Assembly (NCBI RefSeq): GCF_963921235.1
Contig: NC_086100.1
Span: 173,848,001 to 173,912,000, forward strand
Length of the DNA: 64,000 bases
Direction: 5' to 3'
From: Mobula hypostoma
Taxonomy: Eukaryota
This document shows, one piece after another, positions 25,690 through 37,519 of this stretch. The position numbers and the translations under genes are program-made. Position 1 is the first letter of the stretch; every line of letters starts with the position of its first letter. The notes beneath the pieces are model-generated. The model was not told the origin of the DNA. It did no database searches and saw only the letters and a list, made by a program, of their open reading frames with translations.

Positions 25690-27250
25690 GCAACAATTAT
25701 TAGCTAAACGAATTAAAACAGATTTCATTATTGGAGCGCGTGTGCAGTTTTATTAGGTTGTAGACCTAAAGTAGCTCTCAACAGAACTTCCATTCCTGTG
25801 TTACATTTATGTATTTTAAAATTAGGCCAATCTTGAGGCATTTTGTTGAGATCCCCACCATTATAAGCCCGATATTAAATTGTGCGTAGCATTGCTGCAA
25901 AAGAAAGAAAAAACAGACAGAAAAAAAATGAAAAGCCAAGAGCTCCGTGAATTCAGATCTACTGCTCAGGTAATATGTTACTCAAAGATTATTCATGTGC
26001 CTTGAAATGGAGCTTCAAGTTAGCTTTAGTACATTATGCTATTTCATTTACATTCCTGTCGTTTAATTTGCTTCCATAATACTCACTTCAGGGAAGCAGT
26101 TATTGAAGAAAAAGGAATATCTAATTTAATTTATCAGAAGGGACAGTTCAGGAAAAAAAAGGTTAACAAGGAATTCATTTTTTGCGGTAGAGTGTCTAGG
26201 CATCTTCTTTTACATAAGAGCCTGGTGATCAAAGCAGGATTATGTTGAGGCAAAGAGGTACAAAAGGATTAGAGTCAGGGTCAGGATGGGTGTTTTGTGA
26301 AGTGAATTTGCCTGCTGGAAGTAGCAGCCACACAGCATTAAAGTAATCCCGGGTCCTGTGTCAGACAAATCATCACCCAGCCTATTTCCTCCAGCAAGCC
26401 TCAGCCGCATCAGAAACTATGAACTAGCAACCTTGGCCCTGGCTCTTTAATCGTACAGTGACAGGGCAAGAATAATTCACAGGTCGAGCTAATCAAAGGT
26501 GAAAAGAGAGAATCAGTAAACGTCGTATCCTTTTGCCACTTTCATCAATCCGGCTAACTGAATTTGAGCTAAAGCTCGGCAAATTTTCTGGGAAGGAAAT
26601 TAATATGTAACACATCTGGGCCCCGCACAGGCCTCTGAAATTGGAAAAGTCTGCGTTATATCAAAGGGCGATTATTTGTAAGACAATTGTGGCCTGCCGG
26701 ATAATCAGTAAAACACTGCTGTGATCTTTCATACGATGGCAGTATGACCTAACAGGCTCAGGGTAAAAGAAATTTCTCTTTCTCCCAATTTTATCGGCAA
26801 AACTATTCTCTGTTGCCCATTTCTGTTCTCCCTCCTTGTGATACAGTCAATTCAATTACCTCAAAAGGTTGATACATATTCAGGGCATGAAGGCACAGGG
26901 GGGAAAGCCAACAAAGGGAAAGAGAGAGAGAGAAAAAAAAGAAAGAAATCCACATTTATTCAATAATAAGTTTCATTTGAAGAAGCTTTGAAAACAATTC
27001 TATCTCGAATTTGTCCCTGTCAGATTGCATTACCCACCAATGAAGTAAATATAAAATATCAATTCAATTTCAATAAGAGTCGTTGAATAAAAACACATGA
27101 GGGTAGAATTTACTAAATCATAACATTTGAGGGGACCCTAGTGGCTTCCAAATATTTTACAGTCAGGGGTAATAAGGCACAGAGTGCTGAATGCTAATTC
27201 ATTCAATTTCACCCTTTTCACTCACACCTGTTCCTTTATAACATTATTTT
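25690..27250. promoter_or_regulatory. TE-free island, candidate developmental enhancer/CNE
   Basis: No repeat recognised; three ATCAAAG (26228, 26492, 26660) and three GGATTA/TAATCC (26237, 26266, 26344) motifs; CpGs retained. Confidence 0.4.
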
Positions 27251-27779
27251 CTACAGTTCCAAATCACTGTTGATGGAAACTTGTGACAAGAAGATCCCAA
27301 GCAGCTGCCTCCTGTGAGACTGCAGCTGAATACTGAGATGCTGGAGCCTCAGCCCGGGAGGCAAGCCTGGGGAAAAGAATCAAGGGATGTGGGGGTCTAT
27401 TGGGAAAGTGGAGGTTCAGAAGCAAGGCGATTCTGTTGAGTGGTGGGCTAGTTCTGAAGGTCTGTACAGTCTATTTTCCATGTTTGTACAGAACGGATGT
27501 TTTTGTTTTCCATGTTCTTATACAAAGTGGATGTAGTACAAGATTGGCCCACTGTCTGCCGGATGGTTTGCCAGCTTAAATTATTTCCCTTCAGCTAGCG
27601 AGATAAACGTCCGTTAAATGGCTGAGGGATATACATTTCACTCTACTGAATGTAATTCATTTCAAACAATGAACCTTTTTGCAATGTCAATTAAAGCGAC
27701 TGTGCACACCTTAAATGAGACAATTTGCCTATACTTCACATGGCAGATGGACAGGTACATGGATTGGAAAGGTTTAGAG

Positions 27780-27856
27780 CAGGGGTTTCCAACCTTGTTT
27801 ATGTCACGGACCCTGCCATTAACTGAGGGTTTGTGGACCCCAGGTTGGGACCCCTG
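27780..27856. mobile_element. 77-bp hAT (Charlie-type) MITE
   Basis: TIRs CAGGGGTTTCCAACC / GGTTGGGACCCCTG; 8-bp TSD GTTTAGAG/ATTTAGAG; inserted in a CR1 3' fragment. Confidence 0.8.
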
Positions 27857-28199
27857 ATTTAGAGGTATCGGGGCAAATAGGACTGCCTTAGACTGGCATC
27901 TTGGTGGTAAGTTGTGCCTGACTCCAAGAGATGTTGCTCTGTGAATCTTTGGCTCAAAAAGACATAGTGTTTAATTATAAAGGAGGTATTTGGATAACAG
28001 AGTATGTACTAAGGAGAGTAGATTGAAAGCAGAGGGATTTCTAGATCATATAACCTAGAGGATAGGAAGTTCAGTTGCCAATATTGAAGAAAAGGAATTG
28101 AGGACTGATAAAGAGTCTCCGCCTGAAATGTCAACTGTACGCTTTTCCATAGGTGATGCCTGGCCTACTGAGTTCCTCCAGCATTTTGTGTTACATTGC

Positions 28200-28609
28200 T
28201 CACAATATTCCAAACAAGGTCTGACCAATACCTTATAAATCATCAGCATTATATCTTTGCTTTTATATACTAGTCATCTTGAAATGAATGCTAACATTGC
28301 ATTTGCCTCCCTTCCCTACCTAAAATAACCTTTTGGAAGTCCTGTACCAAGATCCCCATGTCACTTTGCACTTCCATTTTCTGAATTCTCTCCCCATGTA
28401 GGAAGTAGTCCACATTCTTATTCCTTCTGCCAAAGTGCATGACCATACACTTGCCTATGCTGCATTCTGTCTGCCATTTCTTTGCCCATTTTCCCAACCT
28501 GTCCAAGTCCGTCTGCTGATTTCCTGCTTCCTCAACACTACCTGCCCTTCCACCCATGTTTGTATCATCCACAAATTTGTTCACAAAGCCATCAATTCCA
28601 TCATCTAGA
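28200..28609 (-). mobile_element. CR1 RT fragment
   Basis: ORF 28291-28617 DLDDGIDGFVNKFVDDT..DLDRLGKWAKKW. Confidence 0.85.
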
Positions 28610-28725
28610 TCTAGCAAAAATCCATCCAGCCCTCTGGTGTTCTATTGTTGAGACCCTTTGCAGTCCAGCATTTGCAAAGGCTCTCAGTTTCCGGTTGCCA
28701 AAGGACTGGGTGGATTTTTGCTAGA
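28610..28725. repeat. 116-bp imperfect palindrome (MITE-like)
   Basis: TCTAGCAAAAATCCATCCAG..CTGGGTGGATTTTTGCTAGA with inner TGAGACCCTTTGCA/TGCAAAGGCTCTCA. Confidence 0.8.
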
Positions 28726-28961
28726 CCAGAGTAAGCGTCATGAGGAAAAGTTTCATTGTGTTTCAATGATGAACGCTGATGAAAACGGACAATTCTGTAC
28801 AATTAGTCCCGCTGAAGTCATCCAAATCAAGGGTTTCTGATCAATGATAATACCGCCAACTCCAAAAAACACTTTAAACAGATCTGAAAATATATTGCTA
28901 TCCCTTCTTGTTTACAGGGATGGGACTTCGAGCTCCCTCCTCAATATCAGTATGGGAATAG

Positions 28962-29099
28962 CAAACATGAGAAAGTCTGCTCATTCTGGAAATCCAAAGC
29001 AACACATGCAAAACGCTGAAGGAAGTCAGCAAGTCAGGCAGCATCTATGGAAAAGAATAAACAGTTGACGTTTCAGGCCAAGACCTTTCATCAGGACTA
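28962..29099 (-). mobile_element. Penelope pseudo-LTR insertion with hammerhead core
   Basis: Flanking GGAATAG repeats (28955-28961, 29100-29106); CTGATGA A AGGT CTTG GCCT GAAA CGTC. Confidence 0.75.
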
Positions 29100-29907
29100 G
29101 GAATAGTTTTGCTAGAAGGCCTACAAGAAGGCAGTTCAGCACTACCTTCTTGAGCATAGTTAGGGACAACAATAAAATGATAGCCTTGTTAGCAACACCC
29201 AATAAATTGTACTATCTTCAAGCCTTGCCATTATTTGAAGATTTAATTTTTTAAAAATCACTCTCAAGTTGTCATTAACAGATCCGCATTGGCTCTGATT
29301 TATTAGGCCACGATTTTCCAAATGCCTATTGACTGAATGAAAACCAATTAAATTGGAGGAACACCAATGAACACTCTTCTGATACAGGATTTCAACCCGA
29401 TACACCTACAATTCCTTTCCTCCCGCAGATGCTGCTCGACCTGTTGAGTTCCTCCAGCAGATTGTTTATTGCTCCAGATTAGAGCATCAGCAGGCACTTG
29501 TATCTCCAATTAATTTTACCTGGGTTCTTTAAACGTTTCCTCTGACTGTGCTGTAGTTAATGGGTTTAATCTCTCTCCACTTTATGACTGGAAGTGTAAT
29601 CTTCCCATCCTCTGGTGCACTGCTGGTAAACCATTGGAATACAAATATGAAACAGAAACAACTATTCCACATTCATGCCTATCCTGTTGAATGTTTCACA
29701 GTTTTCACACAATGAATTAGTTTTGAAGGGCTATGACCTTATTCCAGAGCCAAGTATAGTAAAACCACCACCGAAACAAATAATTTTGTGAACCTTATAA
29801 TTTTTCAGATAACACACAAGGAAAAGGGAAGGCCATTCTTCGTCCTCTGGATGACCACTCATCAGAAATTTATTTATTTATTTAGTGCTTATTTTTATTT
29901 AGAGATA

Positions 29908-32735
29908 GTCATAGTCATAGTCATAGTCGTACTTTATTAGTCTTGGGGGAAATTGGTTTTCGTTACAGTTGCTCCATAAGTAATAAATGGTAATAGAACC
30001 ATAAATAGTTAAGTAGTAATATGTAAATTATGCCAGTAAATTATGAAATAAGTCCAGGACCAGCCTATTGGCTCAGGGTGTCTGACCCTCCAAGGGAGGA
30101 GTTGTAAAGTTTGATGGCCACAGGCAGGAATGACTTCCTATGACGCTCTGTGTTGCATCTCGGTGGAATGAGTCTCTGGCTGAATGTACTCCTGTGCCCA
30201 CCCAGTACATTATGTAGTGGATGGGAGACATTGACCAAGATGGCATGCAACTTAGACAGCATCCTCTTTTCAGACACCGTCGTGAGAGAGTCCATTTCCA
30301 TCCCCACAACATCACTGGCCTTACGAATGAGTTTGTTGATTCTGTTGGTGTCTGCTACCCTCAGCCTGCTGCCCCAGCACACAACAGCAAAAATGATAGC
30401 ACTGGCCACCACAGACTCATAGAACATCCTCAGCATCATCCGGCAGATGTGAAAGGATCTCAGTCTTCTCAGGAAATAGAGACGGCTCTGACCCTTCTTG
30501 TAGACAGCCTCAGTGTTCTTTGACCAGTCCAGTTTATTGTCAATTCGTATCCCCAGGTATCTGTAATCCTCCACCATGTCCACACTGGCCCCCTGGATGG
30601 AAACAGGGGTCACCGGTACCTTAGCTCTCCTCAGGTCTACCACCAGCTCCTTAGTCTTTTTCACATTAAGCTGCAGATAATTCTGCTCACACCGTGTGAC
30701 AAAGCTTCCTAGCATAGCCCTGTACTCAGCCTCATCTCCCTTGCTGATGCATCCAACTATGGCAGAGTCATCCGAAAACTTCTGAAGATGACAAGACTCT
30801 GTGCAGTAGTTGAAGTCTGAGGTGTAAATGGTGAAGAGAAAGGGAGACAAGACAGTCCCCTGTGGAGCCCCAGTGCTGCTGATCACTCTGTCGGACACAC
30901 AGTGTTGCAAGCACACATACTGTGGTCTGCCAGTCAGGTAATCAAGAATACAAGATACCAGGGAAGCATCCACCTGCATCGCTGTCAGTTTCTCCCCCAG
31001 CAGAGCAGAGCGGATGGTGTTGAACGCACTGGAGAAGTCAAAAAACATGACCCTCACAGTGCTTGCTGGCTTGTCCAGGTGGGCGTAGACACGGTTCAGC
31101 AGGAAGACGATGGCATCCTCAACTCCTAGTCGGGGCTGGTAGGTGAACTGGAGGGGATCTAAGTGTGGCCCGACCATAGGCCGGAACAGCTCCAGAACAA
31201 GTCTCTCCAGGATCTTCATGATGTGGGAGGTCAATGCCACCGGTCTGTAGTCATTGAGGCCGTTGGGGCGCGGTGTCTTCGGCACAGGGACGAGGCAGGA
31301 CGTCTTCCACAATACAAGAACCCTCCGGAGCCTCAGGCTCAGGTTGAATGCATGGCGAAGTACTCCACATAGCTGAGGGGCACAGACTTTGAGCACCCTG
31401 GTACTAACACCATCCGGTCCTGCAGCCTTGCTTGGGTTGAGACGTTTCAGCTGTCTTCTCATCTGTTCAGCTGTGAAGCCCACCGTGGTGGTTTTGTGTG
31501 GGGAAGGGGTATAGTCATGAGAGCAGGGTGAGGGACTGTGAGGAGGGGTAGGAGGGGAGAGGGGAATATGTGTTGGTTGGGGGCCGACAACAGATGGCTC
31601 ATGTGTGGGATGGACAGGGGCCACACTGTCAAATCTGTTAAAGAACAGGTTAAGTTCGTTGGCCCTGTCCACACTGCCTTCCGCTCCTCTGTTGCTAGTT
31701 TGCTGGAACCCAGTGATGGTCCTCATTCCCCTCCAGACCTCTCTCATGTTGTTCTGCTGGAGTTTCCACTCAAGCTTCCTCCTGTACCTGTCTTTAGCCT
31801 CCCTGATCCTGGCTTTCAGGTCACTCTGTATTGCCCTCAGCTCCTCCCTATTTCCATCTCTAAACGCCCTCTTTTTAGTGTTCAGGATGTCCTTAATGTC
31901 CTTTGTCACCCATGGCTTGTTATTTGAATAACAAAGGACAGTTCTTGTCGGAACATTGCAGTCCACACAGAAGTTGATGTAATCAGTGATGCACTCTGTG
32001 AGCTCATTAATATTCTCTCCATGTGGCTCACAGAGTGCCTGCCAGTCTGTCACCTCAAAACAACTCTGGAGCGCCTCATAAGCCTCCTCTGACCATTTTC
32101 TCATGGTCCTCGAGGCTGCAGGTTTACTCTTCACCAGGGGCACGTAGCAGAGTTTTAGATGCACCAGGATGTGATCTGACCTTCCCAGTGGGGGGAGGGG
32201 AGAGGAGCTGTATGTATCCTTAACGTTAGCGTACATCAAATCCAGAGTCCTCTCCCCTCTGGTTGCACAGCTCATATACTGCGTGAAGTTGGGCAGTGTT
32301 CTAGCCATGGTAACCTGGTTGAAGACACCCGAGATGGTAATGAGGGCACTCGGGTGCTGGGTTTGTAGTCTGGCTATGATGGTATAAATGATGTTACACA
32401 CCAACGTCGGGTTGGCCGAGGGAGGGATGTACACAACAACCACAACTGCATGCGAGATTTCCCTTGGCAAATAATATGGCCGGAGTCCAACAGCAAAAAG
32501 TTCAATATCCGGGCTACAGACCCGTTCCTTGATCGTAATATGCCCAGGATTGCACCATCTGTTATTTACCAGAACCACCAGCCCCCCTCCTTTACGCTTA
32601 CCGCTTTCAGTGCAATTCCGGTCAGCTCGAACAGTCTGGAAGCCCTCTATGGAAACGCTTTGATCGGGTATGTCCTCATGCAGCCACGTCTCAGTGAAGT
32701 ACATGACATAGACCTTCTGGCCCAACATCTCTGTG
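29908..32735 (-). mobile_element. Young Rex1/Babar LINE, 5'-truncated, inserted in a V-SINE
   Basis: 8-bp TSD TAGAGATA (29900-29907, 32736-32743); (GACTAT)n tail; SINE sequence resumes at 32744. Confidence 0.92.
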
Positions 32736-32749
32736 TAGAGATACAGCAC
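30065..32749 (-). CDS. Rex1-clade APE endonuclease-reverse transcriptase; frame open, first ~15 codons are flank/junction-derived
   Basis: FTETWL, GGG, SDH APE motifs; KAAGPDG, NDYRPVALTS, FFDFSSAFNT, GAPQGTVLSP, KFSDD, YLG RT motifs; 894 aa with no stop. Confidence 0.85.
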   Translation of the reverse strand: MLYLYTEMLGQKVYVMYFTETWLHEDIPDQSVSIEGFQTVRADRNCTESGKRKGGGLVVLVNNRWCNPGHITIKERVCSPDIELFAVGLRPYYLPREISHAVVVVVYIPPSANPTLVCNIIYTIIARLQTQHPSALITISGVFNQVTMARTLPNFTQYMSCATRGERTLDLMYANVKDTYSSSPLPPLGRSDHILVHLKLCYVPLVKSKPAASRTMRKWSEEAYEALQSCFEVTDWQALCEPHGENINELTECITDYINFCVDCNVPTRTVLCYSNNKPWVTKDIKDILNTKKRAFRDGNREELRAIQSDLKARIREAKDRYRRKLEWKLQQNNMREVWRGMRTITGFQQTSNRGAEGSVDRANELNLFFNRFDSVAPVHPTHEPSVVGPQPTHIPLSPPTPPHSPSPCSHDYTPSPHKTTTVGFTAEQMRRQLKRLNPSKAAGPDGVSTRVLKVCAPQLCGVLRHAFNLSLRLRRVLVLWKTSCLVPVPKTPRPNGLNDYRPVALTSHIMKILERLVLELFRPMVGPHLDPLQFTYQPRLGVEDAIVFLLNRVYAHLDKPASTVRVMFFDFSSAFNTIRSALLGEKLTAMQVDASLVSCILDYLTGRPQYVCLQHCVSDRVISSTGAPQGTVLSPFLFTIYTSDFNYCTESCHLQKFSDDSAIVGCISKGDEAEYRAMLGSFVTRCEQNYLQLNVKKTKELVVDLRRAKVPVTPVSIQGASVDMVEDYRYLGIRIDNKLDWSKNTEAVYKKGQSRLYFLRRLRSFHICRMMLRMFYESVVASAIIFAVVCWGSRLRVADTNRINKLIRKASDVVGMEMDSLTTVSEKRMLSKLHAILVNVSHPLHNVLGGHRSTFSQRLIPPRCNTERHRKSFLPVAIKLYNSSLGGSDTLSQ

Positions 32750-32945
32750 AGTTATGGGCCCTTTTGGCCCAATGGATCCATGTCATCCAATGTGAGCAAT
32801 TAACCCGTTCATCTTTGGAACGTAGAAAGAAACCAGAACACCTGCAGGAAACCCATGCGTTCATAGGGAGAATGAACAAACTCTTTACAAACAACAGCAG
32901 AAATGAACCCAGTTTGCTGGCACTGTAATAGCCACTAAGCTACCA
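32736..32945 (-). mobile_element. V-SINE hosting the Rex1 insertion
   Basis: GAAACCAGAACACCTGCAGGAAACCCATGCG V-domain in reverse; tail continues at ~29870-29907. Confidence 0.7.
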
Positions 32946-33204
32946 GACTGCCCTTTGCTGTTCTTTGCGTATTTATTAGATGGCTCTTTGGGTTTTTTTT
33001 GTACAAGTCATATTTTCAATCTTCCGCAGCCTGTGGTTATCATGGAGAATGCATTTATCTTCCTGTGCATGAGGATTATTCACTGAAAGCAGCAAAAAGA
33101 CATGAAACAAACCCTGGGGTTAAATTCCATGATTATCATATTGGAAAGGTGTATAGTCAACGAACAAAAGAGCAACTGGAAATGCATGATGAAACAAATT
33201 GCAG

Positions 33205-33702
33205 ATGTAGAGTAATCAACCAATCATGTAACAACAACTCAATACATAAAAGCATACAGACATGGTCAAGAGGTTCATTTGTTGTTCAGACTAAACATTA
33301 GAATGGAGAAGAAATGTGATCCAAGTGATTTTGACTGGAATAACTGTTGGTTCCAAATTGGGTAGTTTGAGCTTCTCAAAAACTGCTAATCTTCTGGGAT
33401 TTTCATACACAATCTACAATTTACAGAGAATTCAAGAAAAACAAAAAAAAAATCCAGCAGGCAGTAATTCTGTGGGTGAAAATGCCTTGTTAATGAGAGA
33501 TCAGAAAGAACAGCCAGATTGGTTCAAGATGACAGGAAGGTGACATTAACTTAAATAATGACGCATAAAACAGTGATGTGCAGAAAATCATCTTTGAACG
33601 CACAACACACAAAACCTTGAATTGGACAGACTATAGCAGTAGAAAACCGCGAACATACACTTAGTGATACAGGAGGTACTTACTAAAGTGGCCACTGAAT
33701 GC
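33205..33702 (+). mobile_element. Non-autonomous Tc1 derivative (same family as 18980)
   Basis: KTANLLGFSYT HTH remnant; right TIR TAAAGTGGCCACTGAATG. Confidence 0.75.
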
Positions 33703-34476
33703 ATATCTCAGGAAGGATTCTAAGTCTTAAAGGTATAGAAGGGATTTACAAAATAGGAAGCAATTGAAGAATTAATGTAAGAGTAGGCCATTTAACCCCT
33801 GTGCCTGTTCTGCCAGTCAGTAAGATCATGACTGATTTTCGACCCCAGTATCACAGCATAGAGAATTGGGGGCTTTGGTTGTTTGACTTAATTAGAAAAA
33901 CTATGGTTGTTCATTGTAACGTATGTGTGCATTCTTATTGTTACAGTATATAATGCAAGATATATAACAAGTTTTTCTAAGAGATAAGAAGAATTGCTGT
34001 TGATATACATCTTATTATTCCCCCCTTTTCAACTGCACCGCTCATGTGCACACAGGTTACTAATATGTCACTTATTTACAGACACTACGCCATCTACTGT
34101 AGCCATTCTATGTCAGTCCTGGGAACTAAATGCTAGTCAATTCTGTGTCCTATTTTCACAAATACTAACTGCCACTCCACTATAACATATCAACTCATAA
34201 ATCTGACATCTGGATATCAACGAATAAACTCTAGCATGCAATTTCAAATGCTTTTCTTCTTGGCTAGTGTTAAACTTCTGTTCCTGACTCAGTTTCCTGG
34301 CTTTCATAATCCAGAGTGTATTCTAGATTTCATATGGTGAAGACAATGGAAGAAACAAGTCAAGGAAATCTAGAAATCAGTGAGGTAAAGTTTGAATATG
34401 TAATGAATATGTAAATCGCATTTCATGTTCAAAATTTGCAAAGCTATGTAGTGCTTGTATGTGAGTAATATAATGG

Positions 34477-35065
34477 TTCCTAAGGTTGTCATAGCTGGGG
34501 GTGGTAGTGGAGATAAGCTCCCACTACCTATAAAGTGCTCCAAATGGTGTGCATCTCTTACAGCCTCTGACAACCAAGTCCAACTCTTGGCTTTCACGTG
34601 TGGCTCAGCTACTAGGCCCTGTTTCTACAAACAAGAAAAGGGGAAAAGGCGGACCACTGGCGCCTCAAAACCAGTTGCTTCAGGCAGGTTGGGCTCGTCA
34701 GCCTTGGACGGCAACCCGCCTAGGAGAAGGAAAACTGATTTTAAACCTCCGCTGCCTTGCGGCCATACCCACCCATGGGAAAGGCTTCGGGGGTAAACCC
34801 TGAGGAAGAAACCCAGAGCCGGGGTCCGTAAGGCAGTTTGATGTTGTTTACAGCTTCACGCTGGCAACCTCTGTGACGACACTGATGCCAAGCTGTATTG
34901 GCGCTTGCCCTTCCCTTGAACTATATCAGTGACGTAGAGTGCAGGAACCTGCTGCATAGGCAACAGCTGGTTATTCAAATCTTCCTGTCCAGGCTTGCGT
35001 CCTGGCAAGGACACAGTCCACCAGAGGCACAAACCCATGATCCCCTGGGATTGACTGCTGCCTGC
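34477..35065 (+). mobile_element. RTE-derived non-autonomous retroposon, copy A
   Basis: TSD-like TAATAT(ATT)AATGG; CTAGGAGAAGGAAAACT RTE 5'UTR motif; homologous to 54065-54598. Confidence 0.65.
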
Positions 35066-35994
35066 TAATATATTAATGGCATATTTGTACATGGACAGGA
35101 TGTGGTTGTTTCAATTTCAATTCTGCTGTAGAATGTGGTGTTTGTTAAACTTGAGCACCCATGTAGCATTTGTTTCTTCAACGTCTCTTTGGCAATTCTC
35201 ACTGATCACTCAGTGCACCATTTGATACCGGATAATATGATTAAATCAGCTTGCATTTAATGCCTTGTTGATTCCTAAAGCAGTGAATTAGCAATGAATA
35301 AAACTGAGAATCGGCTCTTCGAGTAAGCATGACATGAGAAAATGGATCTGTGTTTCCATGGTAAGGTGTATTGTGGCAAGGGATCCAATATGTTTCATTC
35401 TGATCTGCTTGAGAAGCAGAAACTCGTCACCTACAGTTTTCAGCATGCCTTGCCATGTGTATGTCTTTGTATTCCACCCTTTTCAACTACACTGTCCATG
35501 TGCACACATCATTAATATGTCACTTATTTACAGACGCCATGCTATATAGCTCCTTGATATTACCTTCTAGATCCAACCCAGGAACTAAATGCTACACAAT
35601 TCTGTCTTTTCATTCTGTCTCGTTTTCAGCATGAGAATTGCACTCTCACACCCCAAAGCTTATTTCTCATTATGATCTGCAATCAGCTCTTGTTTTGAAG
35701 CTCTGTGGTTGATAGTGTGTTCTGGTGGTGCAAGGGTTAAAACCTAACTATACATACAGCATGATTCTAGTGATATTTGAATTTGTTTCATGATCTGCAA
35801 TTATTTTGCAGAGAAACTAGACATTAGGGAAGAGATGATCCCAAAATTACCAGATTCTTGTAAATACCCAATGTCCTTCATGGAAAGAAAATCACCACCC
35901 TCTCCTGGTCTTCCTGTATGTGACTCCAGACCCAACAATGTGGGTGACTCCGAAATGCCTAGCAAGCCATTCTTTTCAAGGGTAGTTCAAAGTT

Positions 35995-37395
35995 AAAAGT
36001 TCAAAGCAAATTTATTATCGAAGTACATAGAGTATATCACCATATACTCTATAACTGAAATTAATTTTCTTGCAAGCATACTTGATAAATGATGCAGCTC
36101 TATAAAACTCTGGTTAGGCCACACTTGTGTCCAGTTCTGGTCGCCTCACTATAGGAAGGATGTGGAAACATTGGAAAGGGTACAGAGGAGATTTACCAGG
36201 ATGCTGCCTGGTTTAGAGTATGGATTATGACCAGAGATTAAGGGAGCTAGGGCTTTACTCTTTGGAGAGAAGGAGGATGAGAGGAGACATGATAGAGGTA
36301 TACAAGATATTAAGAGGAATAGATAGAGTGGATAGCCAGCGCCTCTTCCCCAGGGCACCACTGCTCAATACAAGAGGACATGGCTTTAAGTTAAGGGGTG
36401 GGAAGTTCAAGGGGGATATTAGAGGAAGGTTTTTTACTCAGAGAGTGGTTGGTGTGTGGAATACACTGCCTGAGTTAGTGCTGGAGGCAGATACACTAGT
36501 GAATCTTAAGAGACTACTAGACAGGTATATGGAGGAATTTAAGATGGGGGGGCGGGGTTATATGGGAGGCAAGAATTGAGGGTTGGCACAACAATGTGGG
36601 CCGAAGGGCCTGTACTGTGCTGTACTATTCTATGTTCTATCCAACTACTTAAGGTGGGAGGGTGGTTATATGGGAGGCAGGGTTTAAGGGTCAGCTCAAC
36701 ATTGTGGGCTGAAGGGCCTGTACTGTTCTATGTTTTTAAATATAATAACCATGATAAAATCAATGAAAGACCACATCAAGCAGGTGCGAGACCAGTATGC
36801 AAAAGACAACAAACTGTGCAAATACAGAAAGGAAATAATAATAAAGTAATAAATATTGAGAACATGAGATGGGAGATGAAGAGTCCTTGAAAGTGAGCCC
36901 ATAGGTTGTAGGAACGTTTCAGTGATGAAGTAAGTGAAGTTGAGTGAAGTTATCCCCTTCGGTTCAAGAGCCTGATAGTTGTGGGATAATAACTCTTCCT
37001 GAACCTGGTGGTGAGAGACTTGATGCTCCTGTACCTTCTTCCTGATGGCAGCAGTGAGAAGAGAGCCTATTGTTGGGGGTCCCTGATGGTGGATGCTGCT
37101 TACCTGCAACAATACTTCAAGTAGATGTGCTCAATGGTGAGGAGGGCTTTACCCATGATAGACTGGGCTGTGTCCACTACCTTTTGTAGATTTTCTGTTC
37201 AAGGGCATTGGCGGTTCCATACCCAGGTGTGATGCCGCCAGCCTCAAGCACACATCTATAGAAGTTTACCGAAGTTTTAGATGTCATGTCAAATATTCAC
37301 AAACTTACAGGGCTGCTGTGCTTTCTTTGTAATTGCACTTACATGCTGGGCCCAGAACCAGGCCTCAGAAATGATAACACCGAGGAACTTGAACT
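35995..37395 (-). mobile_element. Rex1-clade 3' fragment split by CR1 insertions
   Basis: AGCAAATTTATTATCGAAG tail; CTGTACCTTCTTCCTGATGGCAGCAGTGAGAAGAGAGC. Confidence 0.7.
36085..36735 (+). mobile_element. Young CR1 3' fragment plus a second tandem 3' tail (36650-36735)
   Basis: ORF 36220-36579 LGLYSLERRRMRGDMIEVYK..TRGHGFK..FFTQRVV; same subfamily as 58455-58855. Confidence 0.88.
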
Positions 37396-37519
37396 TGGTG
37401 CCCTTCTTCTCCTATCATCCTTTGGGTAGTGAGGGATGGGCAATAAAATCCCTGGCCTTGCCAGAAACAACTAGAACTCAAAAAACATTTACATTTTTTA
37501 AAGACTCACATTGAAATCA

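Noticed and set aside
34580-34645. Twister ribozyme reading of the RTE 5'UTR structure
   Set aside because: No conserved UAA cleavage loop and the T1 pseudoknot does not pair; the HDV-like reading fits better
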